The notes below the pieces were generated by a model that saw nothing but the letters and a program-made list of their open reading frames with translations, searched no databases and was not told the DNA's origin. From Callorhinchus milii (Eukaryota): a stretch of DNA of 64,000 nt. Positions 1 to 12,681 of the stretch are shown here, one piece after another (the stretch's first letter is position 1; each line of letters starts with the position of its first letter). The DNA lies in the NCBI RefSeq assembly GCF_018977255.1, contig NW_024704743.1:60452001-60516000 (forward strand), written 5' to 3'. Position numbers and translations under genes: made by a program.

Positions 1-59
1 TGGAGATCCTGGAATGTTAATCTGTATCCAGTAAAATGCATAATTTAAACTATGTGTAC

Positions 60-182
60 CTATTAGGAAAAAGAAAAGTTGGGTGAGGCAACCTGAAGAT
101 ACGTCTAAGGTGGTCTGTGTATGTGGAGACAACACCAGCACAGACTTGATGGGCCAAATGATGCTGCAGTATTCTATGATTC
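60..182 (+). mobile_element. CR1 LINE 3' end remnant
   Basis: cagcacagacttgatgggccaaatg...tattctatgattc resembles the CR1 3' hairpin region and ATTCTATG tail seen at 54325-54386. Confidence 0.6.
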
Positions 183-409
183 GAAAATGAGATTACTGGA
201 CTTTGATGTTACTCACATGTTTGCAAACACAATTGAGGTTATACAGCTAAGAAGTTACAAGTCAGAAAACTCATCGTCAATAGCTTCCCTAAGGTGAAAC
301 CAAGAGTTCATTTTGATTGAATGAACAATGAACCGAGGATGATGCTGCGAAAAATATAATTGGGAGATTTTTATTGATCCCAACGTGTAGTTTGTGTGCA
401 AGCCTCTCA

Positions 410-476
410 TTGTACACATTGGGATGTCCTCCCGACGTGAAACATACTATATAAATGCAATTTGTTGTTGTTGTTG
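410..476 (+). mobile_element. L2 LINE 3' tail fragment
   Basis: gggatgtcctcccgacgtgaaa...tatataaatgcaatttgttgttgttgttg, same tail as the long L2 ending at 52929. Confidence 0.75.
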
Positions 477-602
477 AATATAGTTAAGCTAAATTTAGCC
501 ATTATATCGCAAAATTACATACTTAGAATAGAAAAGCTACAATAGAGAGCATAAAGAAAGATCTAGAGGTCTAATATATTATATTCATGCAACAGAAATA
601 CT

Positions 603-950
603 ACTATTAATAATAATCCTTGCCTTTTGTAGAACGCCTTTCACACTAAAACATCCCAAATATACTGGATATACTGTGAAGTGGAGTTATTGTATACTTG
701 TGGGTGAGTGTGGCAACCAATTTGCACACAATAGTATCTCACAAACAGCCATGGAATGAGTGACCAATTTTATTTCGGGGGCATTGTTGGCTAGGATACC
801 AGGCAAAACTCCCTTCTCTTTTCAAGAAGTGCCATTGGATTTTTAACGTTCACCTGAGCAGGCAGATGGGACCTTGGTTTAACATCTCATCTGAAGGATG
901 ACACCTCTAACAATGCAACACTGAATTGGAGTGCAGCACTGCACTGGAGT
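603..950 (-). mobile_element. Deu-domain SINE (SacSINE1/AmnSINE1-like), 5'-truncated
   Basis: Reverse complement has the Deu core (ccttcagatgagatgttaaaccaaggtcccatctgcctgctcaggtg...atccaatggcact) followed by the shared tail ending gcaaggattattatt. Confidence 0.8.
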
Positions 951-1800
951 GTGAAATCCTCTAACGTGTGAAGCACGTTGCCAATTTTTCACAAATGTTC
1001 AGAAATCACCATCATGGACGAGTTGGGTCGAATGGCTGGTTCCATACTGTATCACTCTGTGTATCACAATTAGTCATTTTGTGACTCTTTCAGATGAGAC
1101 AGCTTTCGGGGGATGTTCTAAAGGAAAATAGAGACATTTAATCTGAGCAGAATGAACAAAAGGCAATTTAGGACAGAAGTCACTGAAACCTAAACACGAA
1201 TCATTGGTACAGATTGAGGAAACCCAGTGTATACTTGAAAGCAAGTCAATAAAGCAGGACAGAGAGCAAAAAATAAAATCAGTGAAACGATCATTTACAA
1301 CAGATGTTAAAATGTCTACACTCAGAGTTATAGGGCTGATAATGATCACATCACCACAACTGTCTGTCTTTTAATCATCATCAAAGCACTTCACAGCAGG
1401 TGTGACAGCCCTTCTGATTCCTGAACAATAGTTTGGCCCAAAGTTAATGGAAACCTCTAGTTACTTCCATTTTGTTTCTATCCACCAAGTGGAGCATTTA
1501 AGTAGTGCTTCACGAGATTTCAGGAGCGTTAAAAAGACTGTTTTGGATCACAATTTTCGGCTTCATGGAAATTATCACATCAAACGTTGCATTTTTCACC
1601 CAATAAATATTGGGAACAATTTACCAAGCAGGGTACTAGAGGCAATGCATCTGGCAATGGAAAATACAATTACAGTAGTTCCCATAAAGCGATGAAAGTC
1701 AATGCGCAGGAAGGGTCAGCTTCTATCATTCCTGAATTAGTTTTTGCTACTTCACTATAATCATGATGAGACTTCACACTTTATGTTATGTTTTTAAAAC

Positions 1801-2135
1801 ACAGAATTAAAGTAATTACAGCACAGAAGGAGACCATTTGACCCATCAAGTCCATGCTGGTGCTAGCTGGAGGTACCTAAGCAAATTCCAGTTCTCTTTT
1901 CCTCTTTTCTTCAACAGTCTATACTGCTCCTCTGCAAATGTTTATCCAGTTCCCAATTAAACACTGTTATAATTTGAAGCCTGAATAGTTAAGTTACTTG
2001 TGTCAAAGCATTCCAGTTCTAATAAGTTTGCATTTCAAAAAAATGTATTCTAACATATTAGCTTCTTTCCCTTAACTCTTCCAGTGATAATCCGTTAGTT
2101 ACGAATTTACCAACCATTGAAATTTTTCACCATTT
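1801..2135 (-). mobile_element. CR1 LINE 3' end, old
   Basis: tacagcacagaaggagaccatttgacccatc... is the reverse complement of the CR1 3' UTR; degraded ORF2 C-terminal sequence follows. Confidence 0.65.
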
Positions 2136-2664
2136 TTCTTTGGAGGTCTGCAGGAATAATCCTTTTCCACCATCTTAAAGTGCAAGTTGGTCACAGAAGC
2201 TGACCAAGAGGATACCTACCTCAACTGCCCTGATCACTCTCTTCATGGTTACTATGTCTTTGACTTGATTTGACTTGATTTACAACCATTGTGATTGTGT
2301 TGGAAGGGAGCAACTCTGGAAAGATCACTCCTCAGTTGTTTTAAATGAAGATAATGAAACATGTTCAGGAACTGAAATCACAGTCTTTTGATATGCATAT
2401 TATTTGCAACTGCTACCAGTGAGAGTTGTTATTTTCATTCTTTTTATCTTTGTAACCTATACACACTTGGCTACGCTTTGTATGTGAGGTAGATATAGAG
2501 GATATAAATGGTATTAATGACATTATTTACTCTTTACTTTCAATGAGATAACAATGTATTATTATCATTTCAATAGTCTTTCATGTTTAGCATTTTTTCA
2601 TATGCAGAAAATGAATACTCTCTGTGATATTTTGTTTTGGTCAACTGGGATGCCTGACACATAT

Positions 2665-3005
2665 GGAAGCCATTCACCATGTTTAAGAGTATCCAAAGCA
2701 GGCTGAAAGTTCCATGTATCCCACCTACACATGGAAATTCCCAGTGTATTGATATAGAATGTGCACTCTCTCCCTGGAGGGACCATCCTGTTTATTTAAT
2801 ACTGGAGAATATAATTTGGGACCCAAGAGTGTGAGTTGGGGTACTGTTGGAATCTAACCAGCTAAAACCGCATAGCTTGCCATTGATATCCCTGTCTGGC
2901 AAGCTTTCCTGCTGCTTGTCCAGCTGGAGATCCCTACTCATTAGGGCTTTACTTTGCAGGGTTAATTGGAGCTGGGTGAGAAGAATCCTACTTCTAGTTA
3001 TGATA
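2665..3005 (+). repeat. Unclassified old interspersed repeat (modules A and B)
   Basis: Module A (cctacacatggaaa...tagaatgtgcactctctccctgga) recurs at about 8125-8190 (+) and 25790-25920 (-). Module B (tttgggaccc.agag.gtg...agcttgccattga...ttagggcttt...gcaggg...aagaatcc) recurs at 57077-57243 (+). Confidence 0.65.
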
Positions 3006-4093
3006 TCCCTGTTCCCAATCTGATATTTATGCATGCCAGTTCTATTTATATGCTAATAATTGTCTGTATATTTTTCACTAACTACATTTGCCAAAAAATA
3101 GTCGAAGATTTAATAAAGATGAATTAACACCAACTATCCACTACTGTTCAGGATTACAATGCAGGAGATTGAGAGGCTGGTGTGTTCTCGTGAAAAAATA
3201 CAGAGTAAAGGAGATACATGGCTTCTGAAGACAACAGAGCATGCCCAGATTCTAGTTATCCATTTACTGGGCCGGTTGAATGACTGGCTCCAGGCTTGGG
3301 TACCTCCTTTTTCTGGTGTCATTGATAGGTGATGAGTTAATCTCACTAACTGCAGTCATTGGGACCATCACCTACCAGACTGTGAATGGCTGCACCATTT
3401 CCAACTTGCTGGTAGTTTCTAGGGATGATGTCCGCCTCTGCCACAATATGTTGAGCATTACCGAATGAAGCAAATAAAAATTGTAAACTGACATTTCCTC
3501 TTTCAATGCTAAACTTGTGGATTTTTTCGCCACAAAGACCTTAACTCCAGTTTATAGCAGAGCCCACAACTTCTCAGGCTATATATGGGGACACAGAGAC
3601 CTCCTCCTAGAAAATTAGGATTTGAAACAGCTGACTAATGGAAAGAACAGTAAAACCTTAGCCTTTGTAGGTGTATACTGTGCTATTAAAGTGCATCTGG
3701 TATCTGTTAGCGAGAACAACCTAACAAACATACTGAGTTTCTGCTAATTTGAATGAAATAATCAGCATAAGATTAAAAAAACTATTGATACATATAAATT
3801 GCCTGTGACCATGGTAGTCAAGGACACAACTGAAACGTTAAATGATTCTATCCAAATATTTATTTAGAGCTAAGGATGTTTAACAGTACTTTACAAAGGG
3901 GCTGCAATGAATCAACTACACATCAGGTTGGCCTATAAGAAACATATGCCTCAGAGGGCCATATACAGTACTTTTATTTGTTTCTGAGCGTAATAAAGAA
4001 CAACAACTTGCAGCGATATATAGTGCCCTTTACACAGGGTACTGTCTCGGAGTGCTTAAAGAACACACAAATTTTTTGGCTGGACAATTGCTG

Positions 4094-4230
4094 TCAACAA
4101 CTTGCATTTATATAGCGCCCTTCACATGGTTTAGCGCCTCAGAGCGCTTAACAGTGGCGGAGTTTGATGCAGAGCCAGGGACAGAAGGAAGGTGACAATA
4201 GGCACAGTCGAAGTGGAAGGCTTTCAGGTG
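4094..4230 (-). mobile_element. L2 3' end fragment
   Basis: caacaacttgcatttatatagcgcccttcac... is the reverse complement of the L2 tail. Confidence 0.7.
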
Positions 4231-4234
4231 TGAT

Positions 4235-4558
4235 CATAATAATAATAATCCTTGTATTTGATATAGTGCCTTATCAAGTCTTCGAGATGTCTGAAAGCGC
4301 TTGTGGGCAAAATGTGGGAGCCAATTGTGCGCAGCAGTGTCCCACAAACTGTCGTGGATTGAGTGACCACATTTTTTTTAAAAGGAATTATTGCCCCTGG
4401 AAGAGTGATCCGCCAATCAACCAACAACCGGGTTCTTACTTACTCCTGGGTAAACAGAGGCATGCGGAGTAAGGAAACTTGCCCAACGTTTTGTCCTGCC
4501 CGGGAATCAAACCCAGGTGTCTCGTTTGTGATGCGAGTGCTCTAACCACTAAGCTATC
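4235..4558 (-). mobile_element. tRNA-derived SINE, long variant
   Basis: Reverse complement gives tRNA head (tagcttagtggttagagcactcgc...gggtttgattccc), body gggcaagtttccttactcc...ctgtttacccaggagtaagtaagaacccggttg and tail gattattatt. Confidence 0.9.
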
Positions 4559-4859
4559 TGAAGACAGGCAGGAAAGGGGCACAAAAAAGAGACATTGATC
4601 ACCAATATTTATTTAACCAGTTCCATAAGCAAGATTATTCCACCATCAGACCTAGCAGCCCAATGCTTTACACATAGAGGCTATGATACAGCTGAGCAGA
4701 GGAAATGATTCAGTGTCCTCAATAATGCCTGGCCTGGACTGACTTCTGGACTGACTTCAGTTCAGACCTTGCATATGAGTTACATTTTTTTTATTTGTTT
4801 TATACATACACATCGAAAAAACTTGGAGTGGGGATGGATTGTAGGAAGTCCAATAAAAT

Positions 4860-5130
4860 ACAAACATTGGGATTACATTTATATAGCCTCTTCAAATCAG
4901 AAGGGCATCTCAAAGCGCTGTGCGATTCAGCTGGGAACCTGACTTGGCACGGGTGGGGGAGACATGAGGGGCCGGAGGGGGAGACTGAGAAAGGAGAGAG
5001 GACGGAGGTAACCAAAAGTGCAATTGAAAAGAAAGGCTTTAAATGAGGAGAAGGAAGGAGTCAGAGATGCACAAATCCTTCCAGCAAAGTCAATCCACAT
5101 GTATTCCATCTCTGGAGTGGAGGTTGTTGG
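4860..5130 (-). mobile_element. L2 3' end fragment
   Basis: Reverse-complement tail (ttacatttatatagcctcttca) plus purine-rich antisense L2 3' region. Confidence 0.6.
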
Positions 5131-5150
5131 GAAGTTTAATGGGATTCTGT

Positions 5151-5523
5151 GGAGTCCTGTAGCTCAGTAGTTAGAGCACTTGCCTCACAAGTGAGAGACC
5201 TGGGTTCTATTCCGGCCAGGGTGAAATGTTGGGCAAGTTTCCTTACTCCACACACCTCTGTTTACCTAGCAGAAAGTAGGATTCTGGTTGTTAGTTGATT
5301 CACGGATTGCTTTTCTGGGGATAATAATCCCTCAAAAAAAATAATAATTTGATCAGTCAATCCACGACTGTTTGTGGGACACTGCTGTGCACAATTGGCT
5401 GCTGCGTTTCGCCCACAAATATCCCTTCAATGCACTTTACAGTCTATTATGTGAAGCGTTTTGAGACGTCTAGAAGACGTGAAAAGTGGTATATCAAATG
5501 CAAGAATTATTATTATTATTATT
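5151..5523 (+). mobile_element. tRNA-derived SINE, long variant, full length
   Basis: ggagtcctgtagctcagtagttagagc (A box), gggttctattcc (B box), CORE-like body, L2-type hairpin tail and (TAT)n. Confidence 0.92.
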
Positions 5524-6379
5524 CCTTCTCCAGGTTTCCCATTAAGATATTCTGCAATTTTATACTCATTGTTAAAAGTAAGGCTTGATAACTAATTGTT
5601 TCATCCAATTAAACAAGAATAACTTGCATTTATATAGCACCCCTCTAATAGTATAGCAACCCAAAGTGCTTAAATAGTCCAGCGCTAGTGCAGCTTGGGA
5701 GTTACAATTGGTTCCTCAACCAATTTGGTGAAAAACTTGCATTTTTTAGTGAGTTGCTACTATTTTCTTGATTCCTTGGTTAAAAAAGTGCTTTGCTGAC
5801 CTATCCTCAACAATGTGGTTGAAATGCCAGAAAGCAGCACATTTATTTACTTTCTCTAACTGCAAAAGTGAAATATGCAGTTGTTTCCATGTCAGGTTCC
5901 AACTAGAAACTGAAGTGATGTCCAGCTGATTTTTTTATTGCTTCTTAGAAAAAGTAGAGCTTGTAACGAAAAGGCCTTTTGTTCACTTTCAGGTGAAATT
6001 TGAACAAAATTACCAAATCTCATTCTGCAAAGAGAGAGAATTTTTAAAAAAAAGTCATTGTATGATTAAAAAAGTAAATGACCTACTTAAAAAGCCCTAC
6101 CCTTCTGTTGGGAACCTTACTGCTGAGTTGAAACAGACCCAAGTGTAAGTATGTGGTTTTCAGAAAGAAAAGGAATGGAGCCAAAACAACCAATGCAGAA
6201 ACACTTTCCTGATCTCAGAGAGGCTGCTAAAGGATGTATAATATTTTCCTTAGCTTACATAGAATAACATACCGACCTGGTACTGCTAAAATCGGAAAAA
6301 GTTGCTCGGAGCTTGAACACGTTGTGTGAGACCACATACGGCATAGTTCTATTTTGTATTTCAGAACAACTAAATGCAA

Positions 6380-6540
6380 TGCTGGGATGTGCAGCATTGT
6401 TGAAGGTGCCACCCTTCAGATGAGACTTTAAACTGAGGTCTGGTTTGCCTATTCAGGTGGGTGTAAAAGATGTTGTAGCACCATTCAAAAAGAGAATGGA
6501 GTTTCTCCTGGTGTCCTGGCCAGCAATTCCCCAGATAAAG
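6380..6540 (+). mobile_element. Deu-domain SINE core fragment
   Basis: gaaggtgccacccttcagatgagactttaaactgaggtc...caggtgggtgtaaaagat...ggagtttctcctggtgtcctggcca. Confidence 0.8.
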
Positions 6541-6794
6541 TCGGACGTTCGCTTCATGGCTGTTGATACTTTTCCATCTTATTTTAAACTCGGAAATGCT
6601 TAGCAACAATTAGGTGGGAAAAATGTCCAATTAAAGTTAAAACAGCATAGAGAAGAGAGAATAAGAAGAAATGAACGAAGAACAGGGTAAGCAGGATTAG
6701 TCTGAAAGATTTATTGTTGTTTTTTACTGCTGCATTTTTGCAAAACTTCTTTGCTACCAGTAATACAGAGATGTGGAAACTAAGATGTGAAAGG

Positions 6795-7005
6795 CAAGCA
6801 CAGCAACCAATTTGCGCACAGCAATGTCCCATAAACAGCTGTGAAGTGAATGACCAATTTTATCTGGGATTGCATTACAGGACCAGGAGAAACTTCCTTT
6901 TTTTTCGAAGAGTGCCATGGGATCTTGAACATCCACCTGAACAGGCAGATGGGACCATAGCTTATCATCTCACCCGAAGGACAGCACCCCTGACAATACA
7001 GTGCT
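6795..7005 (-). mobile_element. Deu-domain SINE fragment
   Basis: gtgccatgggatcttgaacatccacctgaacaggcagatgggacc is the reverse complement of the Deu core. Confidence 0.8.
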
Positions 7006-7341
7006 CCCCCCATAAGTACCTTTCATATTCTAAATCTGCCTGCAAAACATATATACCTGCAAAAATTCTTAAAGTAAAACTAAATAATAATCCTTGAATT
7101 TGGAAATATTATCTTATCACACTGAAAGAGTATTTCTATAAAGTGTTGTATCTGCGAATTTGTAGACAAAATTAGCAACCAATTTGCGCACAGCAAATTA
7201 CCCCAGAAGTCAGGAGCGAATGACCAATTTATCTGGCCAGAAACTCCCTCTTTTTTTCCCTTGGGGACACATCATAAATAATGAATGTTACAAGCAATTC
7301 TGGAAAATAACAAATTTTATAGTAAAATCACTGCTTACAAT

Positions 7342-7997
7342 TCATAGAATCACAGAATTAGGCCACTTGCCCCATTGTGCCTGTGCCGGCTCTTTGAAAG
7401 AGCTACCAACTAGTCCCACTCCTACGCTCTTACCCATAGCCCTGAAAAATTTTCCTTTTCAAGTACATATCCAATTTCCTTTTGAAAGCTACTATCGAAT
7501 CTGCTATCTATCCCCCTGTCAGGCAGTGCATTCCAGACTGTAACAACTCTCTGGGTAAAAACAATTCTCCTGGTCTCCCCTCTGGTTCTTTTGCCAATTG
7601 TCTTAAATCTGTGTCCTCTGGTTATTGACTCACCCGCCAGAGGAAACAGTTTCTCCCCATCTACTCTATCAAAACCTCTCATAATTTTGAGCCCCTCTAT
7701 TAAATCTCCCCTCAACCTTTTCTGCTTTAAGGAGAACAATCCCAGCCTCTCTAGTCTCTCCACATAATTCAAGTCCCTCATCTCTGGCATCATTCTTATA
7801 AATCTCTTCTGCACTCTATCCAAGGCTCTGACATCTTTCCTAAAGTGTGCCAAGAATTGGACACAATACTCCAGCCGTCAACAGCTGTAAAGGTTCAACA
7901 TAACTTCCTTGCTTTTATACTCTGTGCCTCTATTTATAAAGCCCAGGTTCCCATATGTTTGTCAACTTATTTTGCCACCATCAAAGATTTGTGAATG
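7342..7997 (-). mobile_element. CR1 LINE 3' portion (ORF2 C-terminus, decayed)
   Basis: ORF 7422-7853 has HFRKDVRALDRVQKRF...YVERLERLGLFSL...RLRGDLIE..KIMRG.D...TRGH...FTQRVV.VWNALP, typical of the CR1 ORF2 C-terminus; tail catagaatcacagaat. Confidence 0.93.
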
Positions 7998-8269
7998 AGT
8001 TAAAATTATTTTAACAAAACTTTTTTTAAAAAATTGTGTGTCAGTCTGGCTCAGGTTTTTTTTTGTGAGCTGGATGTCTGATTTTGTTTTTGGTCAGCCG
8101 AGTGTCTGACTTACAGGGAAACACATAAACATGCTTAAGAGAATCCAAACCAAACTGAGAATTCCATACACCCCACATACACATGGAAATCCCAGAGATA
8201 GATTGAGCTCAGTGTTTTGTTACATTGTCGAAGGTGCTGTTCTTTGGCCTAGATATTAATTTAACTAAC

Positions 8270-8460
8270 ATCATGGGTTCTTTAACATTCACCTAAACAG
8301 GCAAACAAGAACTTGGTTAACATTTTATCCAATGCAGCGTTCCACTGACAGCACTGGAGTATCAGCCTGGACTGTGAGTTCAAAGTCCCCGACTAAGGTC
8401 TTGAACCTACAATCTTCTGACCCAGAGGCGAGAGTGCTCCCAACTGAGCCCGACTGACAC
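8270..8460 (-). mobile_element. Deu-domain SINE 5' half with tRNA-like head
   Basis: Reverse complement gtgtcagtcgggctcagttgggagcactctcgcctctgggtcagaagattgtaggttcaag. Confidence 0.8.
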
Positions 8461-9039
8461 TTAACGCAAACAGCTCAGAGAATCCTAAAGGAGATTTCTT
8501 AGTTCATTATACTTTTACAAGTAAGGAAAGTATTGTAATTGTGTAGTAAGGTATAATCTGGAAGACTTCAGGCAGCTCTTGACTTATGTTTAAAGTCAGT
8601 AAATGATCACTAAAACAATCACTTCTGTTTTTCCATTCAGACTTCAGTCTGCTGCCAAAAGTAAAACAAAATAGAACTGGTTCAGGGCTTTCATTGGTCC
8701 CGATTGCTGACTGCTGGTTTAAATCAACCAAATGTCTAAACTGACCTTCTTCCCTTCATGGGCCCCGGAGTAGGCCTCCTAGGCTCTCGCTCAGGGCAAA
8801 AACAGACAACTTTGAGACTGCCTTGAGAAGCATGATGTGGCTGTTTGAGAAACAACCTCTTATTTTTTCCTCTTGGTTATGGTATGCCTAGCAACCTTGC
8901 CAAAGGATTGTCCTACCCGGTCTGGAGTACAGCACACTGATATTCTGTGCCTCCCTCAGGTACCTGCAGAAAAAAAGTAACATTTCATTTATAGACAGAT
9001 AAGCCTCCATTACACCCCTTTTCTCTGAAAAGTCTAAGA

Positions 9040-9160
9040 TTAGTAATCTGCAAGGTTACAGAGAAAAGCCAGGTAAATAGGACTGAAAGGATTGCTTTTT
9101 AAAGAGCCAACACAGACATGATGGGCTGAATGGCCTTACTCAATGCTGTAAATTTCCATG
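9040..9160 (+). mobile_element. CR1 3' end remnant
   Basis: aaagagccaacacagacatgatgggctgaatggcct...gctgtaaatttccatg. Confidence 0.7.
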
Positions 9161-10379
9161 TTTTCACAATCTCATTTCCTATGAGCCTTCTATACAGCAG
9201 TTATTGTAAGACTATATGTGTGAGCAAAACATCTCGTACTGATGAGGAGGGTGAAGAACACATAGTGAAACATGTGCTTTAAGAATACAGGTGATCAATT
9301 TTGAATTCAAAACAATTAATAAACTTTGTGAGATCTGAGGATTGTTAGGTTTGATTGTGTTTGTCTTATTTATACAATACTATAATATGTACATTTCTCT
9401 AAATGGCCAAGTAGTTTGTGCTGTGCGGGTGCTTGACATTCCTGTATGTTTTGAAATTGTGCTTTTTAAACAAGTTAGACTTCAGAAACATTTGAATTTT
9501 AGTTTGGATGTTTGGTTAGTCTTGTCTCATGTGCATCCTGTAGCCAGAGTGCAATGGGGAGGAGACCTGCTGTGTGTCAGCCTGTCTGTAAAAGCTACAC
9601 TGAACTGCGCACAAGATAGCAGGCCAGCAACACCCCTCCTCTCAACTTCCCTCCTCTGTAAAGGGGCTGGGAGATGCCTGAGGTCTGCTTACCCCTCCCC
9701 ACATCTGTGTAGCTGAGCTTAACAAGCAACAACTCCTAGACTAGGAGGGTGGAGCCTGATAACCCCCACCAACACATGCACACCAGGGTGACCTCTAGAC
9801 AGTGTTACATTCTGTTTTCTCATTCTAGTTAAAGAGGGGATTGTTTTCTTAGATTGTCTGAGCCTATTTTTTTTTTGGTGAACAGATGGTTAAGTCTGTT
9901 ATATTTGAAGATGATGGGGAACACTGAGTTAATTCCTCACCCTTTCATTAATTAGAAATATTTTATTTTAGAATAGAAGCTTTGCTTCTCCCCACCCCTT
10001 GCTCTGGCTCCCAATTCATCTCTGCAAAGTGCTTTGAGTCATTTCTTCTAAGTGAAAGCTACTCTATAAGTGGAAATTGTTGTTCTTGCTGCCATATATT
10101 TACATACAGGTTTACATAGATGTACAAGATTGGAAGCAAGTCATTTGGCCCATTTACTCTGTGCTGGTCTCATCTCTCATCTCATCTAGCCTCTACTGTC
10201 TCATCTAATCATATCCAAATTGTGATTCAAAAATAATCCTTAGACCTGTCCTGGTTATGAAAGGAATAGTGTGTTTGAACCCTAGAAAAGTATGGGTTGG
10301 ACAGATGGAGTTCAGGATAAATTGTAAAGGGAAGACATATGTGACCAATCTGGTTAAATGTTCTGAGGATATTAGCAAA

Positions 10380-10630
10380 CATGTAGATAAAGGGGATATG
10401 TAAGTGTAGTATACATTTACAAAAGCATTTTGAAGAGATACACACAAGAGACTTGGAAGGCTAAAGCCCATGGATTTTAATGTAAAGTCACGGAAATATT
10501 GCTGGAATATTGGCAGAAGGACAGGTAACAGAGGATAGGAGCCAATGCATGTTTCTCAAATCAGCAAGCTGCAGCTAGTTGGATGATCCTGGAGTCTGAG
10601 CCAGGATCCTCTCTTTTTCTTCATTAACAC
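10380..10630 (+). mobile_element. CR1 RT-region fragment, old
   Basis: gtagataaagggga...gtagtatacattt.caaaagcatttt...aaagcccatgga resembles the VD.G..VDVVY.DFQKAFD...AHG region of the CR1 at 41542-41778. Confidence 0.6.
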
Positions 10631-10859
10631 AAATACAATATATTTTACATTTCTATAGTACCTTTCAAGTCAGGAGGACGTCTCAAAATGGTTTGGACAT
10701 TGGCATACAGGAAAGGTTCCATTCGATCTGCCATCAACCTTCTATTAAATTGTCATTAAATTGTCATTAAATTAAATAAATTGTCAATCCAAAGCTGACA
10801 CCAAAACAAATCAATATAAATTCAAGATGATTTCAACACGACTGCAAATATGCTTAAGT

Positions 10860-10971
10860 GGAGTCCTGTAACTCAGTGGTTAGAGCACTTACCTTGCAAG
10901 TGATACCTGTGTTCAATTCCAGGCAGGGCAAAATATTGGGCAAGTTTCCAGCGCCACACACCTCTGTTTAC
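10860..10971 (+). mobile_element. tRNA-derived SINE (long variant), 5' half of a copy split by an L2
   Basis: ggagtcctgtaactcagtggttagagc...cctctgtttac, then breaks off; resumes at 12682. Confidence 0.88.
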
Positions 10972-12676
10972 AACAAGAACAAAAACAACAAGATTACATT
11001 AGTATAGCGCCTTTCACGTCAGGAGGACGTCCCAAGACACTGGACAGTGTACAGCATTTGAGACCTGAGCTGGGATCAAGGGGGAAAAAGGGAGGGGAGG
11101 GGAAGGGAGGTGGCCGATGGCATGGTCGAAGAGGGTCTTGAGGTGAGACTTGAAGGAGGCTAAGGAGGTTGCGAGGCGAAGTGACTGGGGGATGGAATTC
11201 CAGAGGTTGGAGGCAGAGTGGCTGAAGGCTCTCCTGCCAATGGTGGGGCGGGTGGGCAGGGGATGTGGAGCAGGCTGGGCAATGTTACGGAGGTGAGGGA
11301 AGGCAGAGCAGGTCATGGCTTGGATGTGGGGAAGAAAAAACAGTTGAGGGTCGAACAAGACACCTAGGCTCCTGACTGGCTTGATGAGTTGTGTGCAACC
11401 ATGGAGGTTGATGCTGCCAGAGCCTGAGGTGCAGAGGCGCTGGTGTGAGCCAATCAGAAGGGCCTCAGTCTTGTTCACATTCAACTGTAGGAAATTTGCC
11501 CTCATCCAGGACTTGATGTCTGACAGGAAGTCTGTCAGGACAACAGTAGTCCTGGAGTTGAGGATGGAGGCAGAAAGATAGAGTTGGGGGGTCTTCCGCA
11601 TACATATGGAAGTTGACCCCACATTTGTGGATGATGTCACCAAGGGGGAGCATGTAGATATTAAATAGGAGAGGGCCAAGGACAGAGCCCTGGGGGACGC
11701 CAGACGTGACAGTGCGGGGGCTGGAGGATAAACCGTTAGAGGCAACAAAGTGGAGACGGTGAGAGAGATAGGAATCGAATCAGGCAAGAGCAGGTAATAA
11801 TAATAATATAATAATAATCCTTGCATTTGATATAGTGCTTTTCACGTCTTCTAGACATCTCAAAGTGCATCACAGAATAGATTGTAAAGTGAATAGACTG
11901 CATATTTGTGGGCGAAACACGGCAGCTAATTGCGCACAGCAGTGTCTCACAAACAGTCGTGGATTGAAAATGACCAATTTATTATTGTTTTTTGTTTTGG
12001 AGGGATTATTATTAGGTGTGTGGAGTAAGGAAACTTGCCCAAGGTTTCGTCCTGCCTGGAATTGAACCCAGGTGTCTCGCTTGCAAGGCGAGTGTTCTAG
12101 CCACTGAGCTCCAGGGCTCAGGTCCGTGAAGATTAAGTAAAGAGGAGAGGCGTGGTCGACAGTGTCGAAGGCAGCAGAGCGGTCGAGGAGGACAAGGAGG
12201 CAGAGGCAGCCCTGATCACAGATGTTCAGAATGTCATCAGTGACTTTGACCAGAGCTGTTTCCGTGCTGTGGGTAGCACGGAAGCCGGATTGGAGGGGTT
12301 CAAAGAGGGAATGACAAGAAAGAAAGGAGTGGAGCTGGGACGCGACGACTCATTCCAGGACCTTGGAGAGGAATGGGAGGTTGGAGACGGGGCCATAGCT
12401 GGAGAGAAGGGATGGGTCCAGGGAAGGTTTTTTCAGGATGGGGGTGATGACGGCTGTTTTTAGGGGGGCGGGAACTGAACCAGTGGACAAGGAGAGGTTG
12501 ATGATGTCGGACAGGAGAGGGGCCAGAAGGTGGAGCTGGGAGATGAGGAGAGAGGTGGGGATGGGGGTGCAGGTGGTGGGTTTGAGTTTGCGGACAGTCG
12601 TGGTGAGGGAGGAAGGAGAGATGGGGTCGAAAGAGTATAGGGGGGGATGGGTGGTGGGTGGGTCATGAGGGGGAGG
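10972..12676 (-). mobile_element. L2 LINE, 5'-truncated, RT to 3' tail; interrupted by a SINE at 11796-12119
   Basis: Minus-strand peptides FHMYAED (degenerate YADD), LSDIKSWMRANFLQLNVNKTE, VRSLGVLFDPQL, GRRAFSHSASNLWNSIP; (TTG)n-like tail at 10972-10990. Confidence 0.93.
11796..12119 (-). mobile_element. tRNA-derived SINE, short variant, nested in L2
   Basis: Closely similar to 31232-31569 and 60907-61234; caggt on both sides (11791-11795, 12119-12123) is a likely target-site duplication. Confidence 0.92.
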
Positions 12677-12681
12677 TTACC

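Noticed and set aside
1094..1374. Purine-rich, coding-looking stretch after a tttcag acceptor
   Set aside because: Early stop codons in the frames examined and no recognisable homology.
6227..6412. KYKIELCRMW resembling a CCCH zinc-finger lead-in (YKTELC)
   Set aside because: The C-x8-C-x5-C-x3-H pattern is incomplete, there is no convincing acceptor, and the ORF begins in a SINE.
10745..10787. Short tandem (aaattgtcatt)n with homeobox-like words
   Set aside because: A simple slippage duplication in AT-rich DNA with no evidence of function.
11014..11826. Longest ORF in the track (270 aa)
   Set aside because: A chimeric read-through from a SINE (TAT)n tail (YYYYY) into mixed frames of a decayed L2.
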